Shown: one piece after another, positions 1-13,361 of the stretch
Layout of the letters: every line of letters starts with the position of its first letter
Numbering within the stretch: position 1 is the stretch's first letter
NCBI GenBank assembly: GCA_037379345.1
Contig: CM074511.1
Coordinates: 13,020,001-13,084,000, forward strand
Length of the DNA stretch: 64,000 bases
Source of the DNA: Perna viridis
Lineage: Eukaryota
Direction: 5' to 3'
Program-made: the position numbers and the translations under genes
The notes under the pieces: generated by a model
Told to the model about the DNA's origin: nothing
Database searches by the model: none
What the model saw: only the letters and a program-made list of their open reading frames with translations

Positions 1-2107
1 AACAGTGCAATAATCAAAGACATTAAGGACATTGGTTTAGTATTGACAGGACTTGATGGATCTATCGTGAATGGCCAGTATCTGAACATCACTGCTGCTC
101 CGCAGCCAGTAGATGACAAGCTACTTCAACCACATCTAGTCGGTAAAAATAACAAGATTGTGAACTTAGACCAATTGAAAACCTTGCCAAAGAATCTTAT
201 ACCTGTAAACCAGTTGCTGATAGATGGAGGAGTTCAGTCAGGTACAACTGTCCTGGCTCCTGTGACTCTAGCACCCATCTCCAACAGCTCAAATATAGTC
301 ACCAATGTATCTCAATCTCAGACAACTCCAGTTCTAGTCTCTCAGAATCTTAAACCAGTAAGTATGACTTCCTTGTTCTGTCTTTCGAAGTATATTTTGA
401 AGTAGACAATCTTTAAAACAGTACTATTTTCATGGGAGAAGTAATTAAAACTGCTTATTATTTGAACTTACATTAGTATTGATATTTTCGTCCCACCTAC
501 GTCTTGTTAGATATGCCTCGGTTGCTTCGACCAAGTTTGTCTTCAAATTCTTGACTTAATACATGTTTTGGTTAATTTTACAGGGGATAGTTAGTAGTCA
601 TGTGACACTGACATCCATTCCTAATGGTGTGATATCTTCAGCAGGTAAGTGTACGAAAAAATACAAGTACAGTGAAACTTTTCCAAACCGGCCACCGCTG
701 GGACAAGAAAAAATGGCCGGTTTATTGGGGTGGCCGGTTTTGTGAAAAATAGCAATGCATTCTCAGATGTGTTCTATAACCCTACACATTGACAGTTTTT
801 TGGTCAAGATATGTTTAATGCCAATTCAAAACTTTTGGCTTTTTCATACATTTCAAATCTTGCATCATTTGTAAATGATTTGAATTTACAAACAGTACTG
901 CCGACAAAATAATGTTCACGGTTTTGAAAGAATGTGTATTAAAGAACAAAGGGCTATTGATGGTAATTAATTATTTTTATTTTTTTATAAATTACCTATC
1001 AAAAAAGTCTAATAATTTCACCCCTATGTTGTTTTGGCTTGGTACAGGTCACATTAATTGAAGTTAAAAGATTGTAAAGATCGTACTATTAAATGACCCT
1101 GGTTGCCTGACATGTGTACACACCAATTAACAGCCAACCAGTGACAAAATGTATTGTCTGGATTAAATTCGTTGTTTAAACTACTGTCCCCTTCAATTAT
1201 CATCTGTCCACTGATGACCGGTCAATGAACGAATTATTAATTACGTAATATTACATAATCATTTACAGTTTTGTTGACACATTTATTACAGGTGAACAAT
1301 AATTGAGCGGCCGGAATTGAGAGTTTTTTTTTTTATTTGCAATATGTAACTAAAACTCTGGAAAACTGGCCGATGTACGGTTTTAGGGATGGCCGGTCTA
1401 TTAAAGACAAAACACACAGGTTTTAAGGTATATCGGCCGGGACTTTTGAAAACGGCCAGTTTTAAGGGAAGACCGGTTTTCTGAGGGTCCGGTTTGGAGA
1501 AGTTTCACTGTATTCCATAGTAAAACTAATTATTGAACCAAAACAAGCCTAGTGTGAAAGATACAACATTATTTCCTTTTGTGGAGAGGACAGTTTTTTA
1601 ATTTTTGAGATATTTTTATTCTGTAAAATAAATTGTCTTTTAATGTCTCTTTGAGGTCAAGATCAATAATCGGAAATTGCAAACAAATTCAAACTTATGA
1701 CCCTTCACTCTCAAATTCATTGATGTGAACTAAAAAAAAATTATTGCTTGTTATTTTCAGACAAATCCAACCCAAAACCACAAGGTGTTGTGCATCATAA
1801 GCCTAAGTCAATCCATCCACAGCATAGCATTCTTACCAATGCTGTCATTGCCTCATCAAACAACAGCCAAGTTTGTGGAGGTCAGATTATAACAACCCAG
1901 CTTGCTTTAAAACCAATGAATATTGCAAAGTCTGGTGCGACTGGAGAGATGACAGTACAGCCAGTTTCATTGACATTCCCATTAACTGGCTTACGTGTCC
2001 CAGGTCAGCAGCATCCAATGCAAACATTCTATATCACCAGTACCAACGAGTCCCAACAACAACATGACAATATACAACAATTATCAAATTCACCGTCAGT
2101 TTCATAG
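1..2107 (+). CDS. 3' end of an unidentified gene; low-complexity S/T/Q/V/P-rich C-terminus. Exons <1-357, 584-644, 1761-2107
   Basis: Frame is open from base 1. Donors CCA|gtaagt (357) and GCAG|gtaagt (644); acceptors ttttacag (583) and attttcag (1760). Phases 0 and 1 join in frame to TAG at 2105-2107. No recognisable domain. Confidence 0.75.
670..1510. mobile_element. Non-autonomous Tc1/mariner (pogo/Tigger-like) MITE
   Basis: TIRs CAGTGAAACTTTTCCAAACCGG / CCGGTTTGGAGAAGTTTCACTG, TA on both flanks, subterminal GGCCGG repeats. Confidence 0.85.
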
Positions 2108-5081
2108 TATAGAGTTTTCATTCTAAGCTTTTTATATATTGCTCATGTTGTTAGTTGCACATATCTTGTTGAGTTTTCAAATTCGTATTTATGCTTGTAT
2201 TTATTTATTATTTAATGGTACAAAGTTGTGTGGCATATACAATGGCTGATTTGACAAACCTCAAGATGATTATGTGACATAAAGTAATGTCAGGGATCTC
2301 TCCTCTTGAATTGGTGATTTTTACTTAAGGGTTATTTATGTAATGGTGAAACTGCTTCTAGCTTATCTACTTTTAGTATACTCTTATAAGAAAATGATAT
2401 TAATTGCTCATGGTATAAATTTATGTACATTTTTCTTTGGAATGATTTTGAAAGAAGAGTCTTCTTTTCTTACGCCATTAATGACAAGCCTTTGAAGGTT
2501 AGTGCAGGTACATCCTTTCTGGATTTGAAGAAAATGTTTATGATTGAAATTGTGTAGTAAATAGGAATGTTTTTTTTTAAGTAAATAAATAAACAAATCA
2601 ATTTGCATAATGGGAATTAATATTTCCGTTAATTACAGATAATTGTCAAGTATATATAGGTTCAAATTTCTAATTAACTAATATAAAGGACTGATTTTCC
2701 CAAAGACAACTTTCTTAAGTTTTTAAAGTCTATTCAAGGATGAGGCAGATAATTACAGTATACCAGTGCTTAATGTTTCAGTTGTACTTAATGCCCAGTT
2801 GTTTTGTTTGTTTTTTTTTTATGTCTTTTTTAATTCTTTTTGTCACAAGACTTTTGATGAACTGGAGAGGAAATTATATGGGCTGTTTGACCCATTATAT
2901 ACAAGTCAGAGTGTCCCTCAAAGTTTCTGGTCTTTACAGAATGTTTAAGTGAATAACTTATGGGAATATTGTAAGTACAGTTTTGATTTTTTTATTCTGA
3001 TGGGAAGTTCTCATTAAATGGTTGTTGAATAAGAATTGTGAATCTCTATTGTTTGATTTCTTGACTATTATTTATCAAGTCTATAATGCAGTGGGATAAT
3101 AATGTTCCTTATGTGGTAATATAGTTGACATTTCTTTGCCAAAAACTGAAATTTCGCAACATCCAATTTCTTGGTTTATAATGTAAGACTTTCTTCACCA
3201 CCATTATTCATTTGAATTACACTTAGTGATTTTTTTTACCAGAAATATTTAAATTGATATCAAAGCACACATCAACATGTAAAGTAGAGCATTTTGGTAT
3301 AATATATGGAAGATATGATGGAAAGCATTGTAAAATTAATGAAAATAAATATTAAAAAATATTGCCAATAATTAAGTTCTATTGCAAATATTTTTAAATA
3401 ATTATTATTGTTGCTAAGTAGATATATTCATTTTGTTAATGTACTAAAAGTAAATAAGTTGTAATGATCAGCTACTTTTTTAATTTGTTAAAAAGCAACA
3501 CAAGAGATAACCTGACTGATGCTTTTAAGGTGTTAAGAAGCAGCAAGAAGTGTATACTTCCAATTTCATAGAGAAGTTATTTGTAATATGTGAAGTGGTT
3601 TCTAGTGTATTAACATAAAATTACTTAACCATATTTTTATGTATTCTAGCTGAGCTACAGATACACAGAAAATTGTAGAACCAACACTATGAGAGTGAAT
3701 CAGATTTTTGGTCTCCCACTGATATCAGGTTGTTACTAAAAGTAAAGTAATTTTTTACTCGTTCTCAAACCAAAGATACTTTACACTAGTCTTGAGTGGT
3801 TTCAGAATGTTTTCTATGCATGAAGTAGTCTGGTACACACTGTTGCATTTTATGAAATTGTTATTTTCTAATTTATGATTCTGGTTAACTATCAGTGCTT
3901 CCCATTGGCAAGTGCCAGTAAAGGGAGTTAACCCTTACATTGTGTGCTGACACTGATACAATAATTTTGATTAACTGCACTGAACATTTATTTATTTTTA
4001 TAGAAAAGATCATTTGTTATATATCTAGTCAGTATTATGTGCCACTGATGTGTATTCAGCTTATCTTTTTGCAACATTTTATAAACATTGAGGGCAATTG
4101 GTTTGTAATGAAATATTATAAAAATGGATGTATGATAAATTATCATTTAAGTCATTAGACTTTAAACAGTTTGACAAGGTCACACTTATTCTTTTCAGGT
4201 GATTTATATGTTGGACAAATAATTTTTCTATTTTCTTTTTTTTTTTTCGTCCACAATTAGTGTTGAATTCTTGAACACAATGGAGATATTTTTTGTCTCA
4301 TTAAATGAAGAATGGCATGATCTCTAATCATACTCACAATTGTTTTTTTTTATTATGATTTTATAACATTATGGAATGAACCAATATCTTACTGTACAAA
4401 AATGTACCATTGGTATTATTTTGTTATAAAGCAATATGACTATCAGTCAATGTAACTCTATACAATTACCTTCTGTAGAATAGATCATCAAACAATATGT
4501 AGGTGGTTCCTTGGAAAAAAAAAACTACTCTATATGTTGTCACATAACTCTCTTGAAAGTTGTTTCTGCTGAGATGAAGACTTGAAATCTTGAAAAAATG
4601 CAAAAGTGACAAATTGTTGTGTGAATAATGCAGCGACTGATTTCTACCTCGGAGATAGTAAGATTGATAATGGTCACTCAACTGAATCTGTGATATTAAA
4701 ATGAGAGTAGGCTTCAATGTAAATTAGCCATTGCCTTTTCACTTAGCTGATTTTATTTTGTTGTGCTTTGCATTTTTCTACTTTAGTGTACATAGTAAGT
4801 TATTTTAATGAGCCAGTGATATGTGAAGGGGCTTCTGTCTGTGGTTGAAAATTTTGATCTGTATTTATTTGACTTACAAACATGCCCTGTCAGAAAGTTC
4901 TCACTTGTATTAGTTTTGTCTGATTTCCTGCTGCGTATACTCTGACAGTTGTACCAAATAACCAATGTTAGATTCAAATGACAGGTAATCTGTAATAGAG
5001 ATTTATTGTTAACAAAATAACCTTATAGGGAATTTTTTAACTCCTACTCACAAATACCTTAAATCTAGTGTATTTTTAATA

Positions 5082-5231
5082 CAGGGGCAGATCTAGAACA
5101 TTTTTAAAGGATGGTGTTCCAAACAGGAAGTGGGTTAAACTATGATTAGTCCAATTTTGCACAAGATTAACAAAAATTTTCCAAACAGGGTGGGAGGGAG
5201 TTGGAGGTTCCAACCCCTAGATCTGCCACTG
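5082..5231. mobile_element. Short MITE with 5-bp target site duplication (hAT5-like)
   Basis: TIRs CAGGGGCAGATCTAG / CTAGATCTGCCACTG, flanked by TAATA on both sides. Confidence 0.75.
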
Positions 5232-6851
5232 TAATACCATTTTATATCGTTTCTTAGATTTATTTATAATGACTGCATACATTAGATAGGAATCACAAAA
5301 AGATTATTAAGACAACTGAAGTTTCTACCATGTGTAATACTGGTATTGGTCTCATTTCATGCTTGCCATGTGAAGGCTCCAAGAACTTTGCATTGCTGAA
5401 AGTGCCATTGTTTGTATTTTATGTCAATTATATTCTTTTCAATTTTTTATGTTAATACACTAGTGCAGATCTGGACATCTGTAGCTTACAAGTTACTTGC
5501 AGACATCTTTGTGCATTCTATAAATATTTCATATAATTGACAAAAAAAAACTTAATACTCAAAGAGTAATCAAGGGAACCAAAAGTAGCATATTGTGTCA
5601 TGGTAGGAATGTGTTTTTTTAATTATTCCAACAATGGTTTTTTATCTCTAAAAATTAAGTACCATTAATGCGTATAAGATAACACTTATACTTGAAACAA
5701 AGTTGTGATTTTTCTGTTTTCTTGTACAGATTAAACCAGTATTTATTTTTAAAAAAACTTTTCTGGAAGTTCATTTAAAATCAGGGACCTTAATTTCAGC
5801 CAGATTTCTCTGTTTCATTCCAGGAGTTTGATAAAACAGTCATTTTATTTTGTCAAACATCATTTCATATCATCAAATGATCTTAGTGTTGTTTTAATAG
5901 CTCTGTCCATGTTAGTCAACTTCAGTTATTCTCTCAGTTTATGTTCTTCAGCATTGAAGTTGTTTCTATTTAAGGTCTCTTTTACTAGTTAAGGAATTCC
6001 TCCTACCAATTATTTAAGAGGGGTCAAGTAAGAGGATTGCACCAGGTTGAAAATAGGATAAAAGGGCATAATCAGTGAAAAGAGGTAATTTAGCATGCTT
6101 TGCCAGGACTTCATTTTTAATCCTTGTTAAAAAAATGAAAGGTAAATATTGAGGTTTTTTGATAACTATATTAGTTATAATGTAAGTTCGTGTTTATTTT
6201 GAATTAACTTGCTCAGTTGTCGATAAGAACAGCTTTGTTATTCTTCCTTAACTGTCTTTCGTTTACTTCTTGGGTTAGGAATTATTTTATTTCATTCCAC
6301 TAATTACAAAGAGTTCCATTCCATTGGTGCAGACTTGCAAAATTTGGTGACGATGGGCATTTAGGACACAAGTATTAAACTGTTTCTCTCAAATAAGTGG
6401 ATATGGTTGTTGATTGCTTATGACATCTTCTGTTGATATAACTAGAATCCAGTTCCTTTGAAAAAAAGCTAAATTTATGTTCTTGCACATTTTCCTCCTG
6501 AGTGCTCTATGTAAAAATATAAATGAAATTTACTAGTAAATTTACTTATAATTTTTTTTCTGTAGTGTAGAATTCAGATCTTGTATAAAAATCCCATTGA
6601 CAATCTTATCAATTTGTTCATTACCCTACTAATATCACAAAATCAGCAAATTATATTTTGTTCAGGGAAAGGTCACTAGATTGCACATTTTCTAGACATA
6701 GAATATATATATCATTATGCATGACATACATTTTTTTCATATTTGTACAGTTAATTTAATAGTTTTTGTAAGTGAGAATGTGTAAATAACATTTGTTTAT
6801 TATGTACATTTGATTGTTATATAAGATTTATATACACTGTTTAAGTGATAC

Positions 6852-6857
6852 AATAAA
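6852..6857 (+). terminator. Candidate polyadenylation signal AATAAA of the first gene (implies a 3' UTR of about 4.7 kb)
   Basis: AATAAA ends a long UTR-like AU-rich tract containing TGTA motifs, with a GT/T-rich element downstream. Confidence 0.4.
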
Positions 6858-9431
6858 ACCAGCAACAGTTGGTAAAACAATTCTCTATATGTGGTTTATT
6901 TCTCTTGTAAAAAGGCCTCCAATAGCCTAAGTCAATTAGATGTTTGGTCCACTTCACCAGATAAACACCTAGGCATAGTTCATTTAGAAACAATTGGAAA
7001 AATATTCCCTTATAGTTTTATAAGGGAATTGTAACTGTGCTGAAGTGTTCTGAATTGCAGCAGCACAAAATATTTGCTAGATTTTGGGTAATTCGCTAAG
7101 TGCTTGTTTATTTTAACCAACCTGAAAATTTCTCCAGTAGTTAAATTTTATTGTGCAGTTGTAGTTGTCTGTGCTGTCATCCTGAGACACTTGGTTTCAT
7201 ATGATAACTTGAATTGATGGACCTTGAAGTTTTGCAACAAAACAGGACAGTTGGTATTGATTTTATAGATGATGGCTTCAAATGTGTGTGGAGGGGGGGG
7301 GCTAAAAAAAATCAAGCATTTTATAAGATTCACCAATATAACTCAAAGATAAGTTAATAGATTCTCTATGAAATTGTGCTGCTAGGTTCCATACCACAAA
7401 ATTCAGACCTGCATTTGAGTTGCGCCATATGATCTGAAATATTTAAGATTTAGGGGCTGCAAAAAGTCAACAATAGTTTTCAGACAATAGCTTGAGGTGT
7501 TTAGATATCGCTTGACTTTGCACTGCAAGGTTATAAGCACGTTGGTCCTGGCTGTAGAGAAATAAAGGGTAAAAAAACAAGCATTTTATAAACTTTTCTT
7601 TATAGAATATTAATGACAGAAATTATTTTGGAGGATATAACCATTACCCAGGAAGAAGTTGTCAAAGGGAACCTGCAAAAAAAAAAACATTTTCCTGTTT
7701 TTGATTCAAGAACTTGAATAAGTGGGTACTTTGCAAACATTGGTTACTTATATGTAATTGCAAATTTTAAATTATCAGAGCTCTTTCATTCGGTGTCTGA
7801 AAATTGTATAGTCGCTGTTTCAACCCAACTGTTCAGGATTGACTTTTGCGGTCATACCCAGCTGCACTCAGCAAAGCATTTTATTTAATATTTAATAGTA
7901 TGTCTGGTAAAGTTGGTGAAACATCTTTCATGCAATTAAAATCTGCATATCTTATCTTTCATAAGGCTTTCACATGTGATTTCATATTATAGACACTTGT
8001 TTCTTTCGATGGTCAGTTACTATCAACTATGGATATACAAGTTAATGAAACTATAATGGTGTGTTGTGGTATATCCGTAAATAGTCTTCCAATTTGTTAC
8101 ATTCATGGTCGGTTTGAAGACAGTTTTCGTTTAGTTCAAGGTTCTTTTCTCTTTAAACAACAGAGAAACCACAGTGTGTCGCCCTTATTAAGGCTTCACC
8201 ATTTTGGTCAGTCACTAGCAATCGGGAGCCTTAAAGTGGGCTTTTCCCATCACACCATCCTTTTGGTCGATTCCGCGTATCAAATTAAACAAAATTGAAA
8301 AAAAATCTTAAGGATTTTTCCTAAAAAAAAAATATCAGTTAACTATATTGTCGATGAAAGAAAATGCACTAGCCGCAACCCAAGCTTCATGTCTAGATTT
8401 GTGTGCACATTGATCGTTTTTTTTTTATATATTGTATGCAGTTGTTTAGTATATACGAAAACCCTAACATTTGCAACGTATTTAAAGGATTTGGGAGAAG
8501 CGTTCAATAATTCCACTTCCTCTGTGATCTGCTGTATTGGGACCGGGGTGTGCGTCTACCAACCAATGCATTCACGAAGACACGAGAATCAAAGTATGGA
8601 CAATCTCGTCAACCTAAGCGTGAATAAGAATAAGAAAGGGAATATTTATCTTCTGCCTTTAATCCTTTAAATAACAGTAGATTATTATGTCTCTAACTTG
8701 TTAATAGAATGCCAATTTTGCAGAAGTTCTATATATCTCATTTAATTTTACATTAATAGTAAATACATTGTTCTAATTCACGTATTAGCCTTAATATTAC
8801 AGTAGTCTCGAATATCCTTTTTACCGCTAACTCTTGTGCGAAAGTAGTTCGGCACACTTGTTCAGCAAAGACAATATTGTACAATCAAGAATTAAATACG
8901 ATACGATTTGAATGATAGAGGCAAAACAGAATATATGGAAACACATTATCAATGATCCAATTGAAAATGTTGAAAACCCAAGGGTTTCATTAAAAAGCTC
9001 TAAACAGAGAGTTTAATCAAATCTAGGATTTTAAGCTACCTGGCTAAAATTGGAGCTGAGGAAGGATCTTTTTGACTTGTTGCCGTTTACTTAGTTAAGA
9101 CCACTAAAACACACACTTCCCAGTTAATTTGGTTTTTCAATCTGAACTTTTAAGTAAATATTTCACAATACCGAAGGTACAAACGAGGGAAATGCAACGA
9201 CGAGAACACCAAAATGACAACATGCACAGAAGAACTAGACACGAACAGCACGAACCTGACAAAAAATCGGGAAGAATTTAGGTGTTCCTGGAGAGTAAGC
9301 AGATCCTGCTTCTTGGGAGTTACCTGTCGTGCTGTTCATCGAAAGTCATGTATGGTGAAAAAAAATTTCTAGTGGGAAGCAATCCAAATATCAATAATTG
9401 ATTCGTAATCAAAACGTTATTTTGTATGGGA

Positions 9432-9548
9432 GTATTTCACAGGGGCTTGCTCTCACTATAAAATATGCAGCCCCACTTGTATATATAACCACATACTAGT
9501 GAGGCTGCATATTTTATAGTAGTAGCAAACCTCTAACTGTGAATATAC
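9432..9548. repeat. Foldback (palindromic) element
   Basis: Arms ACTATAAAATATGCAGCCCCACT / AGTGAGGCTGCATATTTTATAGT, with outer TTCACAG / CTGTGAA. Confidence 0.75.
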
Positions 9549-9625
9549 GAATCGCAGAGTGCGGATCAAAAAAAGGTATGTTTCTACGGGTTTCTAACTT
9601 TGAACAAGTTTTACTATATAACCTG

Positions 9626-9755
9626 TGGTCCTTTTCACAAAAAACTCGCAAGTGTAAAACTAGTCGTAAGTTATGAGGTCATAGTAAATAAAGGTATTGT
9701 GACGTCATGACTTACGACTAATTTTACTCTTACTATTTTTTTGTGAAAAGGGCCA
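9626..9755. mobile_element. PIF/Harbinger-like foldback MITE
   Basis: TIRs TGGTCCTTTTCACAAAAA / TTTTTGTGAAAAGGGCCA, internal arms TAGTCGTAAGT / ACTTACGACTA, 3-bp CTG duplication. Confidence 0.75.
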
Positions 9756-9897
9756 CTGGTTCGGGCCAGTTTACATTTTTTATAAACCGTTTTACGCATA
9801 AACTGCCGCAAACCAGAATATTTCGTATAACTGTTCAAACATTAAAAACATTCCTTAATTAAATGTCCATGATACTAGGTCATGTGCTTGTTGTAAT

Positions 9898-10104
9898 GAG
9901 TTGGATCTTCTAATGGGCTAAAATTGTACTAAAATGCTGTTTTAATTATTCTTTACATTTTACTCTCCACGACCATACACAAAAAAAAACACGTTTTTAA
10001 ATACTTTTTTGGTCATGTTAGTGTATGGTCATGGATAGTAAAATGTAAAAAATCGTTAAAACAGCATTTCAGTACAAATTTTGTCCATTTAATGGATCGA
10101 ACTC
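9898..10104. repeat. Foldback (palindromic) element
   Basis: Arms of about 85 bp: AAATGCTGTTTTAA...TTTACATTTTACT...GACCATACAC / GTGTATGGTC...AGTAAAATGTAAA...TTAAAACAGCATTT. Confidence 0.75.
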
Positions 10105-11784
10105 GCTTTGTATAATAGATAATACGGTCAGCGTACGTTTGTTCGTTATACCGGTGTCTGCTGACTCAGCAGAACGTATTAACTACGTTTTGTGGAGACG
10201 AAGTTATTTAAATACCATACGCTGCGATAATGGCTTGTCAGAAACACCGTAAGATGGATATGACTAGCAGGGATGTCAAACTGTGGAACTTGTGGAGCGG
10301 AAGGACCGTACAGTTCGGACCTTTGTGGAATAAATCTAAAGGGTGTGTTGATTTATCCAAGATTGATGTATTTTCTGAACACTCTAAGGATTGTTTTTGC
10401 ACTAAACTTTCAAAACCACTTTACAGAAGAACTTCAACTAGATCTTGATGAATAGCATCATACGAATGAAGACCTGCAATCTCGAAAGCGATATCTGATG
10501 ATGTCATTGGGGAAAAAAACTCCTCCGAGTAATGACCTTCCCAATTTGAGAATAATCGATATTTACGACTTATAAAATATATAGGTAGACAAAATGATGT
10601 TTACTTCAAAAACTCGATGTTAACTTCAAATGGAACAACCGTTCACATTATTGTATTTTGCCGATATTTGTTTGAACTGTATAAATATTCCTTTTAAATT
10701 TTAAAATCGTTTGACATTCCATAGAAGTCCTGAAGCAAATCGTGCGTAGTATCATATGCTTATTCAGCGACAATGAACAGTTTTCTTTCCGTATAGTAGA
10801 TCTTCCTTCATTTCATCAACAGCAATCCCACAGGTGAAGACAAAAACTAACTACTATTAACATGCGATTTGGCCGAGGCAGATTGTCATCCGAAAATTTT
10901 ACTATGGAATTGTGGCATCCTTAGAATCATTTAAGTCCTAATTTTCAATTGTATCTTTATTCAAATACATTTATATCAGTGATACGATTTTGTGCAAAAT
11001 TTTGATGGCGTGCATTTTGTCACGGATTAAATGGTGGCAAACTAAAAAGGATCAATTTTGCCTACAAAAATGTATTCATTAAGCGAATGTGTATTTTTGT
11101 CCAATTTTCACGCCACAGCTGATGAACAGTAACAACGCATACAATTAAAATCCGAGGTAAAACATGTTGTAAAAAGCAAGTTAATGTTTAAGGGTGAATA
11201 AAAAAAACTTATCCTAGCCTTTTTTTTTATTGCTGGCCATTTCAGTTTATATAAATAGCCCTCAGATTGGCTATTTCCCCGCGTGCTTCCTTAGTCTGAT
11301 TATTATAAATGAGATTCCGTACGTTTTAAAGTATTTAGTTGTTATAATGCCTTGCAGAAACTAAACTCAATGAATACCCAACTATGCAACAGTTATAGAT
11401 AATTATAATTGAAAATATCCATTTAATTTGCTTAACTCATCGTACAAGTTGAACAGAATCGTCCCAATAAGGACAACCCAAAAGAAAGAGTATCATTACC
11501 AGCATAGAATAAAGACACTAATATATCACTGACAAGTGTAAGGAGACCGGGATGAAAGATGTCAGCTCACGGCACCCGTGGGTCTTCATTGAATGAAAAG
11601 GAAATCCTCACAACACAGGACAGGCTGCAGATGGCCCCAAAAAACAACATTATACACAGGTACATCGAAATAGTTGCACCATATATCCCAGCAACATAAA
11701 TGTAAACTGAAAGTGAAAACGAAACAATATATACAAGGCAAGAATTAAGATCCCGACTTTGGACAGGCGCATCAAACCAAATTT

Positions 11785-12165
11785 TGCAGAAAAGCACTCA
11801 AGTTCAACAGCCATCATTTCTACAATTTACGTCCAAACATAAGTTCCTGACAGTAAGTACATCCTAATATGGTAATTTAACACCCCATCAAGTTTCATTA
11901 CAATCCTGCAAGTCCTTAAGGAGGAGTAGCGATCATTGCATCAGACCAAGTTTTGCTGTAAAACACCTAAGTTCAAAAAGCAGTAATTTCTACAAAGTTT
12001 GTCCAAACATAAGCTCCAGACAGTATGCACATATTCTTGTATTAGTGTTTCATCCAACAAAATTTCATAACAATGCTCTAAGCTGCTTAGAAAATAGTTT
12101 GAATGGATGGACAGACAGGGGGAAACCAATATACCCCTAAAACTTTATTTGTGGGGGTTATAAAA
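11785..12165 (-). mobile_element. Helentron/DINE-like (HINE) fragment
   Basis: Two internal units of about 180 bp sharing GTCCAAACATAAG, a GGATGGACAGACAG microsatellite remnant, and a terminal hairpin ATACCCC...GGGGGTTAT ending in an A run. Confidence 0.5.
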
Positions 12166-12270
12166 TTATTACATGAACACTGGTCCATGTCACATATTTT
12201 TGTTTATATTTGTCAATTTTTGTTTACATGAAAACTGATTTTTTCAACAAGTCATGGTTTCCTTTTCTCT

Positions 12271-12527
12271 ATCGTCTACCCTGGACTTGACTCTTTTTAA
12301 ATCAGCTGGTGTTTCAAAAAAAGCAGAAGGCGCTTACCCTACTAATGCACCAGGTCCATGCTCCCATTTTTTAATGGAGTCTGAGTTGCTCATTTACTTT
12401 TGTTACTTTATATGTATTATTTTAGTTACTTTATGTTCTTTGTGGTGTTTGTTTTCCATGTCTGGTCTTTGTCCCTATACTACATTCTTTTGATTACCAT
12501 TAGAATTTTGGTTCCCTTGATTACTCT
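12271..12527 (+). mobile_element. SINE-like interspersed repeat, copy A
   Basis: Shares GCTTACCCTAC..GCACC.GGTCCATGCTCCCA...GTTGCTCATTT...TTGGTTCCCTTGATTACTCT with the copies at 46403 and 51682; an end fragment also lies near 5563-5582. Confidence 0.7.
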
Positions 12528-13156
12528 TTTACAAGATCTCTTTGTACAAATGTACTATTTTTCTAGTTACATGTGATATTTGGTGCCATTTTTGTTAGGC
12601 TAATTGAATATTGAAGACAACTGTAAACATCCTAATGTACATTTTTGTTCAGGCATAAAGTAATGAAGAGAGTACAGTTTTACATGGTAATTTAATCAAC
12701 TGTCTTTCATCAACATAAGATATTTTCTAAGTGGACAAATAGCACTGAACATTCATATTTACATGGCACACTAATATCTACAATTGTATCTATACACATA
12801 GTATGGGTACTCTCAAACAACCTCCATCCTGATATGAAACAAAATTAATTGTAAATTCAGAAACTATTGCAAATATACACCAATAGCTACATCACCGTGA
12901 GCCTTCTTAAAATTCTACATATCTTTTCCAAATGATCATTAATAACTAAAAAAACTTCTGTTGTCTACAATGACATATCAACTTACATAAAATTACTATA
13001 AGAAAAATGAATTAATATTCTGCAACTTTGCTGAATTCTTAAGCAAAAACAAAATGTGAATTTGGTAATAACAAAAATCAAAGGCATAAGTCTCCAAACT
13101 TGGAAAACTTAATAAGTGAATGGACTCAGCCTAGAGTTAGTGACTAAAATTGATTA

Positions 13157-13361
13157 CTGTGAAAGTACTTTAATTCCTGGATACAAATTTTAGTGGATTA
13201 GGGAAGAAACACAAATTCATGGATTCTTGAATTTGTGGTTTTGAAGTTTAAGTATACACATTAATGAAAATCCCCTTTACGTTAGTAACCAAATTTTGTG
13301 GTTTGGCTTACACACAAAAACCATGACAACTGGTACCCCACGAACAACAGTACTTTCACAG
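13157..13361. mobile_element. MITE with TA duplication, copy 1 (possibly within the KDM5 3' UTR)
   Basis: TIRs CTGTGAAAGTACT / AGTACTTTCACAG with TA flanks; inverted homolog at 19979-20185. Confidence 0.8.

Noticed and set aside
10230-10455. Overlapping short Cys-containing ORFs
   Set aside because: No domain or consistent splice sites; the CpG-rich context suggests a decayed TE.
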